From Squalus acanthias (lineage: Eukaryota): a stretch of DNA of 64,000 bases. The position numbers were made by a program, and so were the translations under genes. Below the pieces are notes generated by a model, which was given only the letters and a program-made list of their open reading frames with translations, made no database searches and had not been told where the DNA came from. This document shows positions 24,341 to 36,986 of the stretch, piece by piece; position 1 is the stretch's first letter; every line of letters starts with the position of its first letter. The stretch is from positions 102,736,001-102,800,000 of the forward strand of contig CM059431.1 in NCBI GenBank assembly GCA_030390025.1. The letters run 5' to 3'.

Positions 24341-25339
24341 AAGTTTACTTCGGGCTTGTCGTCAGTCGGTCCACACCCATGAATTGGGCGGCATTAGCAA
24401 AGCAATTAACCAATACAAAAGTAGCTAAGTATATGCTTCTTCGGTCTATTCAGGATTATTCTCACCCTTACACCTTCAAATCCTCTTTACCTCCTTTGAT
24501 GAGCATAACAATGCATTATCAAGGGGAAAAAATATCACCAGGTTGACCTACAAATTTAACAATGGAATCATACTCTCCTCCAAGTCTGCCACCTAAAGTC
24601 TGTTCTGATTCATGTACAGTTATATTATTCTGTATCTGAGGGAACCTGTGTGGCCACTTCCATTCTGACTCTCAAACACATACCTGTAGTTATCAACTTT
24701 AGTATTTACTACAGTTGAAAATAGTGTACCTCAGTCACACCATTTTTACTTGTATATTTGAGTGCATTAGCATTCTTGACACATTACTTGTGTACTAAGT
24801 GTATCAACACTGAACTTTGATTAGGAGTTGCTCAGCACCATGACAAATTTCAACACTACTAATTGTTTTAGCGTGTTTCTGTCAAAGTACCTTCAAATCA
24901 ACTTGCTACAAGTTACACTTCAAGGCCTTGCTAATAATGAACCTTCCTAAAGACTTAATGAAATGAGAGGCACAGTTCCCTCCTACACACATTTTGAAAG
25001 TCCTTCCCTCCCGAGCAAGCTGATACAGACAGACCTGTTGACATCTGAGCAGATACAAGTACATCTATATATTACAATTCTTACATTGTGTTCACTGAAA
25101 CCTGCGATGGAAACATGTCCTACAGGAATACCAATGTTAAAATATCAACACTTACTGGTTACACCACTAGGTGATGCTCTAGTGGGACTTCAAACATTAA
25201 CATCTCCACTGGCCTGTAACAGCTCCCTGTCACATCACCAGATGGTGCAGTATCACCTGATCATCCTCTGGTACAGCTTATGTTCCACAACTCCATCTTC
25301 TGGAGTTAATAAGTAACAGGATTTTATTTTAAATTCTGG

Positions 25340-25625
25340 AAAACTTTCATTGGAGAAAACAAGGTTAAGAGGAGATCCAATACAGCTATCAAAAGCTCAA
25401 TTTTGAACAACATAAATTAGGAAAAACTATTTGCACTGGTAACTAATGGGTATGAATTTTAAGATCATCAAAAGAATAAAGGGTGAGGTTAAGAGATTTT
25501 TTTTATGCATAGGTTTGTTAGATCATGTAACTACCAGAAAGTGGTGGAAGCAGAATCAGAATGGCTTTTAAAAATGTGAATATTTGAAAGAGAAAAATTT
25601 AAAGAACATGGGGAAAAGACAGACA
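25340..25625 (+). mobile_element. Highly degraded CR1 3' fragment
   Basis: Remnant FSLEK.RLRGD...EKLF.LV coding sequence. Confidence 0.55.
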
Positions 25626-26985
25626 TAGATTTTCTATTTAAAAAGGGACACAACAGTTTTATCCAGAAGCAGTCCAATCTAGGCAAAATTTAGTACTTCA
25701 CCAATTTGTTTGGCACTTGTATTTAATGTAAAAATTCCTCTCATCTCTGCTCCCACTGTTGGCTGCTGTGCAAAAATATGTATTTAAATTAAAAATTCCT
25801 CTCAGCCCCACTTTTTGTTTTCCTCTTTCCCTGGCCTCGCTAAACTCCCAAATCCCAACCCTGCTGAATTTTTTAAAATTCGCCTCTATCCTTATCCTTC
25901 ATTTTGTTTGTGTGTGAGAGACTTTGTTTCCACAGCCACCACTAGAAAATACAGCCTGTGCCTTACATCATACACCCCCACCTGTGGCCCAAAAGGCACG
26001 CACAACCTGCTGGCCTGTAGCTCAGGTGAGGATCCTTCTTTGCAATCAGCACCCTGCACCCATCAGAAAATGCAACCGAGGACCTCAGCAGCTTCCTTCA
26101 CTACCTCACAAAACTAGCAGTTCCCTTCCCCTCACCACATCCTGGACAGAATGGCAGAAGAAAACAAAAAAAAACTAGGAAAAAAAGGGGAAGAAGGGAC
26201 AGAGAGAAAAATAAAGATAAAAAGAGGAATGACCAAAAAGGAAGGGAAAAAAAGAGAAAAAAAAAGTGGACCAAAAAAAAGGAGGGAGAGTGAAAGAAAA
26301 ACAAGCAAAAGATGGAAATAAAGCAAAAAAGATAGAAACACCGAGAAATTAATACACATAGCTAAGAGAGTGGGTGCCTACTCGGATTTACCATGGGCAA
26401 TGCCACAGAAGATCCACTATGAATCAAATAGTTCTCGAGTTTCATTTCAATGCAGTATGACAATGGTAATTCAAGAGTAATAGTTATCTCACCAGTTTCT
26501 TTGTTGCTTCAATTTAGTTTCTCCTACACAAAGACAAGCACACAAGATGCAATACAGTAGGGGTTAAAGAACAAACCAGAAGGCGTGTCCTAGCTCATAA
26601 TGCTGATCATTAGCTCTTCAAAGTCAATGCATACAGGAGCATCTGGAAATTGACCTTCTCCTAATAGCATCATTTCAGTCAGAAGCAACAACCCTGTAAT
26701 TTTCTTCTAAATAGGTGAAGTTCTATGCCTAATCAGAGATTCACTCCACAACTTAAAAAAAAAATTATTTCCCCAAATTGTCCGAGCCCTGCGAGAAAGC
26801 CCCCAACCCTTTGCAAGCCACTCAACTGGTGAATGAAGGCCTTGCACTTGTTCTATTGGCAGTTATATACAAATCTGTTTAAGAATTACATCCTTCCACC
26901 TCTGCCTTTAAGACATTTCACTCAACATGAAACATTTCATCTGCAGTAACAGGTTAGGTCAGCACAAATACCAAAAGAACGGATA

Positions 26986-27433
26986 AAAGAAAGACTTGCA
27001 TTTCTACAGCACCTTTCACGACCACCAAACTTCCCAAAGCGCTTTATGAAGTGTAGTCACTGCTGTAATGTGGGAAATGCGGCAGGCAATTTGCGCACAG
27101 CAAGCTCCCACAAACAGCAATGTGATAATGACCAGATAATTCGTTTTTAGTGATGTTGATTGAAGGATAAATATTGGCCAGGACATCGGGGAGAACTCAC
27201 CTGCTCTTCTTCAAAATAGTGCCATGGGATCTTTTACGTCCACCTGAAAGAGCAGACGGGGCCTCGGTTTAATGTCTCATCCAAAAGACGGCACCTCCGA
27301 CAGTGCAGCACTCCCTCAGTACTGCACTGGAGTGTCAGCCTAGTTTTTTTGTGCTCAAGTCTCTGGAGTGAGACTTGAACCCACAACCTTCTGACTCAGA
27401 GGCGAGGGTGCGACCCACTGAGCCACAGCTGAC
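26986..27433 (-). mobile_element. tRNA-derived SINE, same family as 23147-23610
   Basis: Reverse complement of 23147-23610 over its full length. Confidence 0.88.
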
Positions 27434-27904
27434 GTATATATACTACATTGTGTATACTATACAGGAAAATCAAACTTATGTCCTGAACTGTTGTTTTGTC
27501 CAGATAGATCATAGCGGTAGCAAGATAATTGAGAAACAGATACAACTGAGAGCAAATAAAATACAATTTAACTATGGCGATACCTGAATATTTTTATTCC
27601 CTTTTAAATTTAGGACATTTCTCCTCCCCTCCCAAACAATAACAAAACACCCATGAAGACAGTGAAGTAAAGTCCGAAGAACAGTCAAAGCTCGGATTCA
27701 AACTCAAGTCTACTGGGTGGGAATCTGATGCCATAACTAGTTACCAGGCTATTCATCATTTAATTTCAGTATCTGGATCACACTCTCTAATTAGACCCAT
27801 GTACAATAATGATGTACTGCAAGTATAGCAAAACTTTTACTATTTCTATTTTTAAAAAGTTACTGATATAGCCCTTTCACAATTTGTCATTATCTGTAGT
27901 AACA

Positions 27905-28590
27905 AGTGGCCAGTAAAGACGGGCACTCCAATCCTCAGTAAGGTACACAAATTCATTAAAAAGGCTAATGGAATGTTAGCCTTTATCTCAAGGGGGCTGG
28001 AATACAAATGGGGTAGTAGTTATGCTGCAGTTATATAAAGCTCTGGTTAAGGACCATATAGAGGAAAATGTACTTGTCACATGTTGCTGTGAAATGGCCA
28101 GTTTTAAAATAAAACATTGCATGCAACTTCAGAATGGTGAAACGTGAAGATTTTATAGTACGTCAATAGGAACATAGAAAACAGGAACAACTAGATGATA
28201 AAAGATCTAGTTTGCCTTCTTCCGTCCTGGTAGTCACATGATACAACAATAATGGAGTTGTTGACTAATCATAGCAATCAATCACTATCAATGAGTCTAC
28301 AACAGACCCAGACATGAGACAAGGAAAACCCCCCCAGTGGTGGAGCGCTTTGGGAATCATTAGGTTCAAAGTCACCTGTCCCTCCCGAGCCTGCGACACT
28401 TACCATATGTCATGCCTCAAATTACTCTTACTGTATCCCAAAATATTGTTTTCTGAAATAAACCTAATGTTCGCTTGAATGAGTCAACAGTCTATGCTCC
28501 CTCGGGAGCCTGTTCCATAGATCTATCATTTGCTCACTGAAATAACGTTTCCGCAGATTTGTTTTGAATTTCCCCCCCTACTTCAAGCGC
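27905..28590. mobile_element. Degraded CR1 fragments (27905-28065 plus strand; about 28170-28590 minus strand)
   Basis: KKANGMLAFISRGLEY remnant, followed by the reverse complement of a CR1-type 3' end. Confidence 0.55.
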
Positions 28591-29514
28591 AGGCCAAACT
28601 TTAAAAAGGTGGGGATGTTCATCTAATCATTGCTTTACGTGAGGAAAACTTTCTAAAGCTGTGCAAATATTCACCATGGCTATATTGTATTCACATGCTA
28701 TGATTTATTGCAGAGTGATCTGTATTTCAATAAATCATCTCCAAATTGTTATAACATTTGGTACAGTATCAGTCCCTAAAGAATATTTAACCCATACTCA
28801 AATAAATGGGAAATCTTGATGCAGTCAATAAACTACTTTCACAAATACTTTATTGAAAGGATTAGCCGTATTCTGCCACCAGATCGTTATTTTCACCTTT
28901 CCCTTTGCATTTCCCCCCACTCCCCCATAAAATGAATCTTAATGCTAGCGGACTGCTTTTCTTCAGAACTAGCTAAACATCACAACTTCAGCTTTCAACT
29001 GGAAGTGTTGTACAGCTCGAGGACTGTCTGGAAGTACATTTGGTTGTAAAGCCAGCCCTATTACAACGGTGCTACTCAGCTGCACATGAAAGGTTGATTT
29101 GATTTAATTATTGTTGAATATGAAAATGACAGACTGTGGAGTTTTAGACACTGCTACATAATATCAGGAGGATACGTTCTGACAGCATAAGTCACCTCCC
29201 AGTATTAGAGTCAGCAAAATAATAAACTTTAATGAGATTTATTAAATCAGCTTACTTACGTCCCACTCTCCTTTAATGTAAACCATTCTTTGTTCTAATA
29301 CAGCATATAAAAGCACTGGGACTGTAATCTGTAACTAAACTGCCTTCTTTTCAGACCATGTCCCTGGATAAAAAAATGTATCTTCAAATTCACGCCACCC
29401 ATCTCCAACATGTCAGGAAATAGAGCACATCATCTTAAAAACTGCACAATATTCAAGATACATAAAAGTTGCACTTTTACCATATTGCACATTCTATAAT
29501 TACCAATCACATAC

Positions 29515-30750
29515 ATTAGTTCCAATTTTTAAAAAGGGTGATAAGGCATAACCGGGTAACTTGGCTTCAGTAATAGGCAAGATGCTCAAAGGAATCATTA
29601 GGCATACCCTACGTGAGCACTTAGATAAAGAGACAGCCAACACAGCTTCCAAAAAAAGGTTATGCTTTACGAATTTGATTGAATTTTTGAAGATGTCACC
29701 AGGTTAATGGAGGAGTTTAATCTGGTAGTCATTATCTACCTGGACTTTCAGAAAGCTTCTGATAAATTACCTCACAAGAGGCTTCTCTAGAAGATAGAAT
29801 CTTGTGGAATTAGAAGTAATCTGCTGCAGTGGTTTGAGAATTGGCTGAATGTCCACAGACAGAAAGTTGTAGTCAATGGATTCGGATCTGCAGGGACTGG
29901 TGTTAGGACCTTTGTTATTTACCATATTCATTAATGATTTAGATGTGGGTGCTGGGAGAATGATGCACAAATCTACTATTCACTATAAAACAAAGCATAC
30001 CATTTTTGTCCTTGTAAAAGACCCTGGTTAGGCATCAGTTAGAATACTGTGTCCAGTTTTGGTCTCCTCACATGGTGGGGGATACTGAGGCTCTGGAAAG
30101 GATGCAGAGGAGGGCCAGAAGATTAATTCCCAGTTTAAAGCATCGTAGTTACCCAGATAGCCTCAAAGAGCTGGGTCTGTATACTTCACAAAGCGTCGAC
30201 TTGGGGGCAATTTGATTGACGTTAACAAAATAATGAAGGGACTAGATTGTGTTTATGTGGACCAATTATTTCAACTTAATAGGTTAGGGAGGACCAGCAG
30301 TCACTCTTGTAAATTACGCAAGGGGCAGAACTAGGTTTGAAGCTAGGCGGATCATCTTTGTCCAAAGAATAGTGGGCCTGCGGAACAGGTTGCCGGCTCG
30401 AGTGGTGAATGCTGATTCACTGTACTCCTTCAAGAGAGCTGGACCTGCTTCTGGCTGGAGCGGAGATCACCTCGTACAAAAAGGTAGGTATCCTTCAATA
30501 TAAATTAGGGTCTATATGAGCTCCTGTTCTAGTTCCTATCGCCTAAGGGGGTCAGAAAGGAATTTTCCAATTTTTTTCCCTCTCATTGGCCTGGGTTTTT
30601 AAAACCTGGTTTTTCTGCCTCTCCCAGGAGATTACCTGGTCCCGGGCGGGTGGGAAGCGTCTGTATTGTGATACGCTAGGCATCACAACAATATAGGGCA
30701 GGCTAGATGGACCAGTGGCTCTCTTCCTGTCCGTCATTTTTCATATGTTC
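29515..30750 (+). mobile_element. Old, degraded CR1 (RT to 3'UTR)
   Basis: PIFKKGD, YLDFQKA, LGPLLFTIFINDLD, LEYCVQFWSP and LERMQRRA remnants with many indels. Confidence 0.8.
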
Positions 30751-31354
30751 ATTTGAAAAAAAAACAGCTATTTCTGAAACAACTGCAGTAACGATTAGAG
30801 CACTTTTTTATGGATAGTCCACGTTAATGTGTGCCCTATTCTGGTCAAGCAAACAAACCTGCAGGAGCTGCTGGACAGCTCACATATCCACTGATAATTA
30901 ACTTCAGAAATAGCTCATCTTAAAATGAAAACAGACAAGTAAATACTATTTACATACACCCTGCGTTTTCTGAAACTTAGATTATTGTAATCTGTAAATT
31001 TTCATGTAGTTGTGTTTCTCCTGTAATAAACAGCAATGCCTATGATGCAAGAAAGAACTGCCCGAGACCCTAAATTGTAGCTCAAAATAATACAGGTCTG
31101 ATTAAATGTTTTGGCAGCAAAGGGGGGCAGGTACAGTTAAGTGATGTTACAGGGTAAACATCACTTAGCTGTTCACTTCTCATTCCATTCATAAAATTCC
31201 TCATCTTGTAAGGACTGGGGGGGCGGGGGTGGTGGAAGAGAATTCAGCAACATTGGATATACATAGTTGCTATCTCTCACCATATGGTATAAAAACGGCA
31301 TTCTTAACTTTTTTTTCACTGCTGAATAATTCTCCCCTACTTGCACTATATACT

Positions 31355-31625
31355 TAAATTTATATAGTGCTATTCACATTCTCTAGATACCCCAAAGTGT
31401 TTCACCGCCAACTAATTCGATTTTTGAAGTGTAGTCACTATTGCTTTATAGGCAAACGCAGCAGATAATTTGCACATAGCAAGCTCCCACAAACGACGAG
31501 ATGAATGACCAGTTAATCTGTTCTGATGGCGTTGGCCAAGACACCAGGAGAACTCCCTGCTCTTCTGTGGAAAAAGTACGATGGGATCTTTTACATCCAT
31601 CTGAACAGGCAAGTGGGGCCTTGGC
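31355..31625 (-). mobile_element. Partial SINE body (same family as 23147)
   Basis: Matches the caagctcccacaaac and atgggatcttttacatcca segments. Confidence 0.7.
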
Positions 31626-33279
31626 CTATTGAATAAAATATCACAAAGGTCATGACATCTGTACAGAGTCCAGAGTAATAAATTCTCATCAAACACTTTA
31701 GGCTCGGTCATGCTGAAGCATTAGAGAAATGTAATGTGAAATCTTACTCTGCCTGTTGCAAGATCCTCTATAAATTTGCTATTGAGATTAACAGGTGGTC
31801 ACTGTAGATTGCTGATCTTTATAATACTGTAGATATCAATTGTACTAATAATGAGCCAGTAATAATATACCTAATGCTAATCTGAATTGATTAAACAATC
31901 GATAGCTGTAAAAACCCATTTTAAACAGACTGCAGATCTCTCGATTTAAATAAATTTCCAAGGTATCGTAATACATGCTCAACTAAATCAAATTCATTGT
32001 TGTTTGGATGTTAAATAGTCACCATTGACTGGACTTTACAACTGCACATCTTTTCCCTCAACATTGGGAATCCTCTGCAAGCTCATTTTTCTTTGGAACT
32101 TTTACAATTGGTAGAATATCTACAAAACTAAGATTTTAGGATCCAAGATTGACAAATTACTATTAAGAAACAAAAATTATTCCAAGCGACATTTTAAAAT
32201 TTGGTCTGGTTTTAGTTCTACCATAGCTCTCATATACTGCAGATTAAAGTTGATGCTCCCATACACAAGAAAGTTCAACTTAAAAAAAATTAAACTAACC
32301 TTGAAAAATATTTTCTGACTTTTCAATAATCTTTGCATGCTTTCATCCTTTTAACTAGAATCTTGCAACTCTACTTTGTTTCCTGACAAGACTTGCATCA
32401 ATGGCGCTATTGTACATTTTGCAAAAAAACTTACGAGAATTGTACCCTGCTAGAAAAGTAAAATAAATCTTAATTTTTCTCACCACACCAACCCAAAATA
32501 ACACCCCATAAAAATCCTCTCATTGCATCTTCTACGAAGATATTAGTTTGTAGAAATTGGTAAAATATGTGCACATTTATGGTATTGTTCTCTGCTCTTT
32601 CCCCTAGCTGCTTACCAGTCATAGAGCTGCAACCCCAAAAGAATCAGTTAACATCTTAACTAAACTACAGATAAATTAAATCATTCTCTACATTAAAGAG
32701 TGAAATATTTTCCAAAATTAGCTTAAAACATGCTGATTTCTTCATTTTCTATCTTTAAACTAGAGCACTTAAATCACATTCAATTTTAGGAGATATAAAA
32801 TTAAACATCACTTGTTTTAATGGAACAAAGCAACTTTGTGCATAGTTTTATCCTGTTCAGTCCAACCTACGCTTCTGCCTGTGGTAATCTTGCATGTTGG
32901 AACTTGCAAAATACTTTCCATTTCATGTTCCGAATACATTAGTGTTCTTATCCTGCTTTGTAACCTCTCCCTTTACAAAATTTCACTTTAGGATTGGACA
33001 ATCCAGTTGAGCTACATTATTTCACATTCCCTCTCTTTCGAGGCAAAATACCACCAAAAAAAAAAGCACCTAGTTACTACGAGGCCATCATTTTCCCCAC
33101 GTGTCAGAAAGAGCACGCCAAGGAGTGCGAGATGGTTAATGGCCCATGTCCTTTAAGTTTTATGCAATACACTTTGCAATGAACTTCAGAGGAGAGCAAG
33201 AGCAGTTCGCATACTTGCACAAGTGCAGTTGGTTGCCCTCTAATGAAGAGAGTCCGATAATTGGCTTGCCATCCCAGAT

Positions 33280-33615
33280 TGTAGAATGGTTACAGCACAG
33301 GAAGCCATTCGGCCCTCGAGCCTGTGCCGGCTCTCTGCAAGAGCACTTCAGCTAGTCCCACTCCCCCGCCCTTTCCCCGTAGCCCTGTGATTTTTTTTTT
33401 CCTTCAGGTACTTATCCAATTCCCTTTCTGAAAGCCACGATTGAATCTGCCTCCACTACCCTTTCAAGCAGACCATAATCACTCGCTGCGTAAAAAAGTT
33501 TTTCCTCATGTCGCCTTTGGTTCTTTCGCCAATCACCTTAAATCTGTGTCCTCTGGTTCTCGACCCTTCTGCCAATGGGGAACAGTTTTTCTCTATCTAC
33601 TCTGTCTAGACCCCT
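33280..33615 (-). mobile_element. CR1 3' fragment (subfamily of copy B)
   Basis: Reverse complement of about 17560-17885. Confidence 0.85.
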
Positions 33616-33994
33616 CTATCTTAAAAAGCAGGCAGCGGCTGAATTCCACCATAAAAATAGTATATAGGGAGTATTTTTCGTTCTGTCAATGCAAAGATTA
33701 GGACAGAGGACAATTTTGCCTTCTGTTTTTTTGGGAGCTGACCCTGGAGAGGATCAACCCACACGAGTGAGTCAGCAGCGTGCAAATATAAATGTGTTTT
33801 TTTTAATATTGTTTTCTACATTTAAAAAAAAGTGAGAGCCTTATCCTAGATATTAAGGAGAGAGAAAGGCGGGGGGGGGAAGAAGAAGAAAAATGAAAAT
33901 GAACCCAAGCTAGTTACACAGTCAGTCAAAGGGTGAGGGGGAGGAGGAGGCAGCAGCTCCAGACTCAGGGGATATCAAAAGAAGCTCAACTTAC

Positions 33995-34002
33995 CGGGAC
34001 AT
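33995..34002 (-). CDS. Putative first coding nucleotides (ATG TCC CG) of an unidentified host gene; predicted exon 34097-33995
   Basis: Kozak-like GCCATG followed directly by a consensus donor CG|GTAAGT; upstream acceptor ttttgagtttgcag| after a long pyrimidine tract; no upstream ATG in the exon; lies at the edge of a CpG-rich region. Confidence 0.55.
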
Positions 34003-34229
34003 GGCTTTCTCCCCCACCCCCACAGACAATTCTCCAGATGATGATGATCGCTTTCCAACCCCCGGGGTTTTTTTTGTGGCGCAAAAAAATAAACGTCCTG
34101 CAAACTCAAAAGGGGAGGGTGGGGAAAGGAAATTTAAAAAAAATAAACTTTAAATACGCTGAGGTGGAGTGACCGATTTTTTTTAATATAGTGAGAGAGG
34201 GGGGGGAGGAAAGAAGAAAAAAAGGATTC

Positions 34230-35090
34230 ACGATGTTTTTAAAACCGCAAACATTTGAGGGGCTGGCTGACTGACTGATTGGCGGGCCAGCGAGCGGGCT
34301 GCCGAGTGTGAATGCGCCGCCGTCCAACGCTCGACTGCAGCGAGGCTCCGCCCCCTCTCCCAGCCTGATTGACAGCTCGGCCGACCGCACCAAGGCACAC
34401 CCGGAGTGGGGGTGGTAATCTGCCAATTTGCAGACAAATACAACTTTGCGCCATCTAATTCAAACTTCCGCCCCCCACCACCCAAAAGAACAATTTACAT
34501 TATTAGGAGTCCCCCCCCCCCCACCCCCTTATGTTTCAGTCGCGCTGCTCTCTTTCCTCCCCCTCCCCTCCTCCTCGCTGTGCTGCCAGGATTTGGTGCG
34601 CTCCGTTGGGAGGAGGCGGAGGTCGGCCCGTCGCCATGGCAACCGAGGCCTGGGCCTGTGGTGCAATCTCAGACAAGGCCTGTAAATTCTTTACTTAAAA
34701 AAAATTAAAATGTTTGATTTAGTTTCGTAAACAGCCAAAGAAAAATGTTGATTTTTTTGCATATTTTTTCTCGTGGAGGGAGATGGCGGAATGTTACTTG
34801 TTTCTATTTGCAGGTCTCTCATCTTGCAATATTCCTTCCAAATATATTTTCTCTTGATTCGTTTCCTTTGCTGCGGAAAAAAAGTTGTATAAATAATTGA
34901 ATGTTTCTTGAAGTAGGACAGTTGTTGCAACCTTTGCCTTGTTATCTCTGCTTCGGAAATCTCACCCAGCTGCTCCTGCTGGTGAAATTCTACTTGTAAT
35001 CTTAAAAAACAAAAAAAAACTTGAGAAGCACGACAGGAATACATTTTTTTTTAAAAACCCAAAATGATTCGACCAGCTCCGCCATTTTCA
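34230..35090. promoter_or_regulatory. CpG-rich promoter region
   Basis: Non-repetitive and CpG-rich: ATTGG (34278-34282), GC boxes (about 34345, 34468), PBX/PKNOX decamer TGATTGACAG (34366-34375), ETS-like ACTTCCG (34464-34470), RFX X-box-like GTCGCCATGGCAAC (34630-34643), and YY1-like AGATGGCGG (34781) and CCGCCATTTT (35079-35088). Confidence 0.72.
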
Positions 35091-35620
35091 CTGCATCAGC
35101 ATGGTGAGCTGCAGCTTGAGGACATTTCCATTGCAGTGGAGGGACAGGAATCGTCAAGCTCAATATCAAATCTCCAGCTGGATTTGGGCAAGGATGAATG
35201 CCAACTAGACTGTAATTGAGGATGCCTGTAATCACAGAGATATCAATTTTCTGCATTTACTACAGATTCGGGGACTGGTTCTAGGAAAATCCAGCTTTTG
35301 GAATTTTCTCAACAGTTTCTCTCAATTGCCAAAAACTTTCAATAGCTAGATTTTACCGAAAAACTACCATATATACCACAACCTGGCATCACTTGGGCTT
35401 CTAGTTCCTGATTAAACTTTCGCCAAATAAAAGTTCCCAACATTTTTCTGTATGCCAATAGTTAAGTATTCATCTAATTTAGATGACAGAACACCACATT
35501 TAAAGCCAAGTACAAAAGATCTTTACAAAGCAAAAATAAAAACATTAAAAGTTCTCTTCTGCCTCACCGCTATTTCTGAAATCATATCTTTTAATTTTTT
35601 TTTGTCAATGTAAATTAACC

Positions 35621-36957
35621 ATGATCAACTGCAGGGAGGATGAGCAACCTGGCCACAGCACCGTGGAACGGGGGGCCATTCAAGAGGGGGGAGTAAATAG
35701 AAATGTTGTAGTGGTAGGGGATAGTATTATTAGGGGGATAGATAGAGTTCTCTGCAGCCGAGAGCGAGAGTCCCGTAGGCTGTGTTGCCTGCCCGGTGCC
35801 AGGGTTAAGGACATCTCCTCTGGGCTGGAAAGAAACTTGCAGTGGGAGGGGGTTGTCGTGGTCCATGTTGGTACAAACGACGTAGATAGGACAAGGAAGC
35901 CGGTTCTGTTAAAGGAGTATGAGCAGCTAGGGGTCAAATTAAAAAACAGAACCTCAAGGGTATTAATCTCTGGATTATTACCTAAGCCACGAGCGAATTT
36001 GGCTAGGACAAATAAAATTAGAGAGTTAAATGAGTGGCTCAAAGACTGGTGTGGGAGAAATGGGTTTTGCTTCCTGGGACACTGGCACCAGTACTTGGGC
36101 AGGAGGGAGCTGTTCCGTTGGGACGGGCTTCACTTGGCCAGTGCTGGGACTAGAGTCCTGGCGGATCATATAACTAGGGCTGTAGAGAGGGCTTTAAACT
36201 AACTAGTGGGGGGGAGGTTCCTAGAGAGCAAATAATAAAAATGACAACAGAGAAGGTCATAGACTTAGGTAGCAGTGGGGAAATTAAAAACCAGAGTGTG
36301 TCAGGAAGGGGCAGAAGGTATGGAGTAAAAGGTAAAGTAATAAAAAGGGCAAAAGCAGGAACTAAGTGTCACAAAACATATTTGAAAGTTCTCTATCTGA
36401 ATGCACGTAGCATTCGTAACAAAATAGATGAGTTAATGGCACAAATAACTACATATGGGTATGATCTTGTGGCCATTACAGAAACATGGCTGCAGGGTGA
36501 CAATGCCTGGGAATTAAACATACCAGGTTATTTAACGATCAGGAAGGACAGGCAGGAAGGAAGGGGAGGTGGGGTGGCTATGTTAATAAAGGAAGGAATC
36601 ACTGCAATACAGAGAAATGATATTGGGTCAAAAGATCAGGATAATGAAACAGTTTGGGTGGAGATAAGGAATAATAAGGGGAAAAAAACACTAGTGGGCG
36701 TAGTCTATAGGCCTCCGAACAGTTGCAACTCTGTTGGACGGAGTATCAATCAGGAAATAGTTGAGGCTTGTAATAAGGGAACATCTTTAATTATGGGGGA
36801 TTTTAACTATCATATTAATTGGACAAATCAAATTGGGCAGGGCTGCCTTGAAGATGAGTTCATTGAGTGTATTAGGGATGGGTTTCTTGAGCAGTATGTA
36901 ACTGAACCGACCAGGGGGAAAGCAACCTTAGATCTGGTCCTGTGTAACGAGTCAGGA
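35621..36957 (+). mobile_element. Internal CR1 fragment: ORF1 esterase domain plus ORF2 endonuclease domain, no RT or tail
   Basis: ORF 35621-36202 has VVVGDS, HVGTND and DGLHLA; ORF 36241-36978 has YLNARS, ITETW, YRPPN, GDFN and LDLVL, then homology stops. Confidence 0.9.
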
Positions 36958-36986
36958 TGTACCACACCAGGTACCTGAATATGGTG

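Noticed and set aside
26101..26359. Phe/Leu-rich membrane-protein-like ORFs (also 8198-8608)
   Set aside because: Low-complexity purine/pyrimidine tracts.
33995..34002. Assigning a gene symbol to the MSR... exon
   Set aside because: Eight coding nucleotides are not diagnostic, and no downstream domain-bearing exon was recognised.
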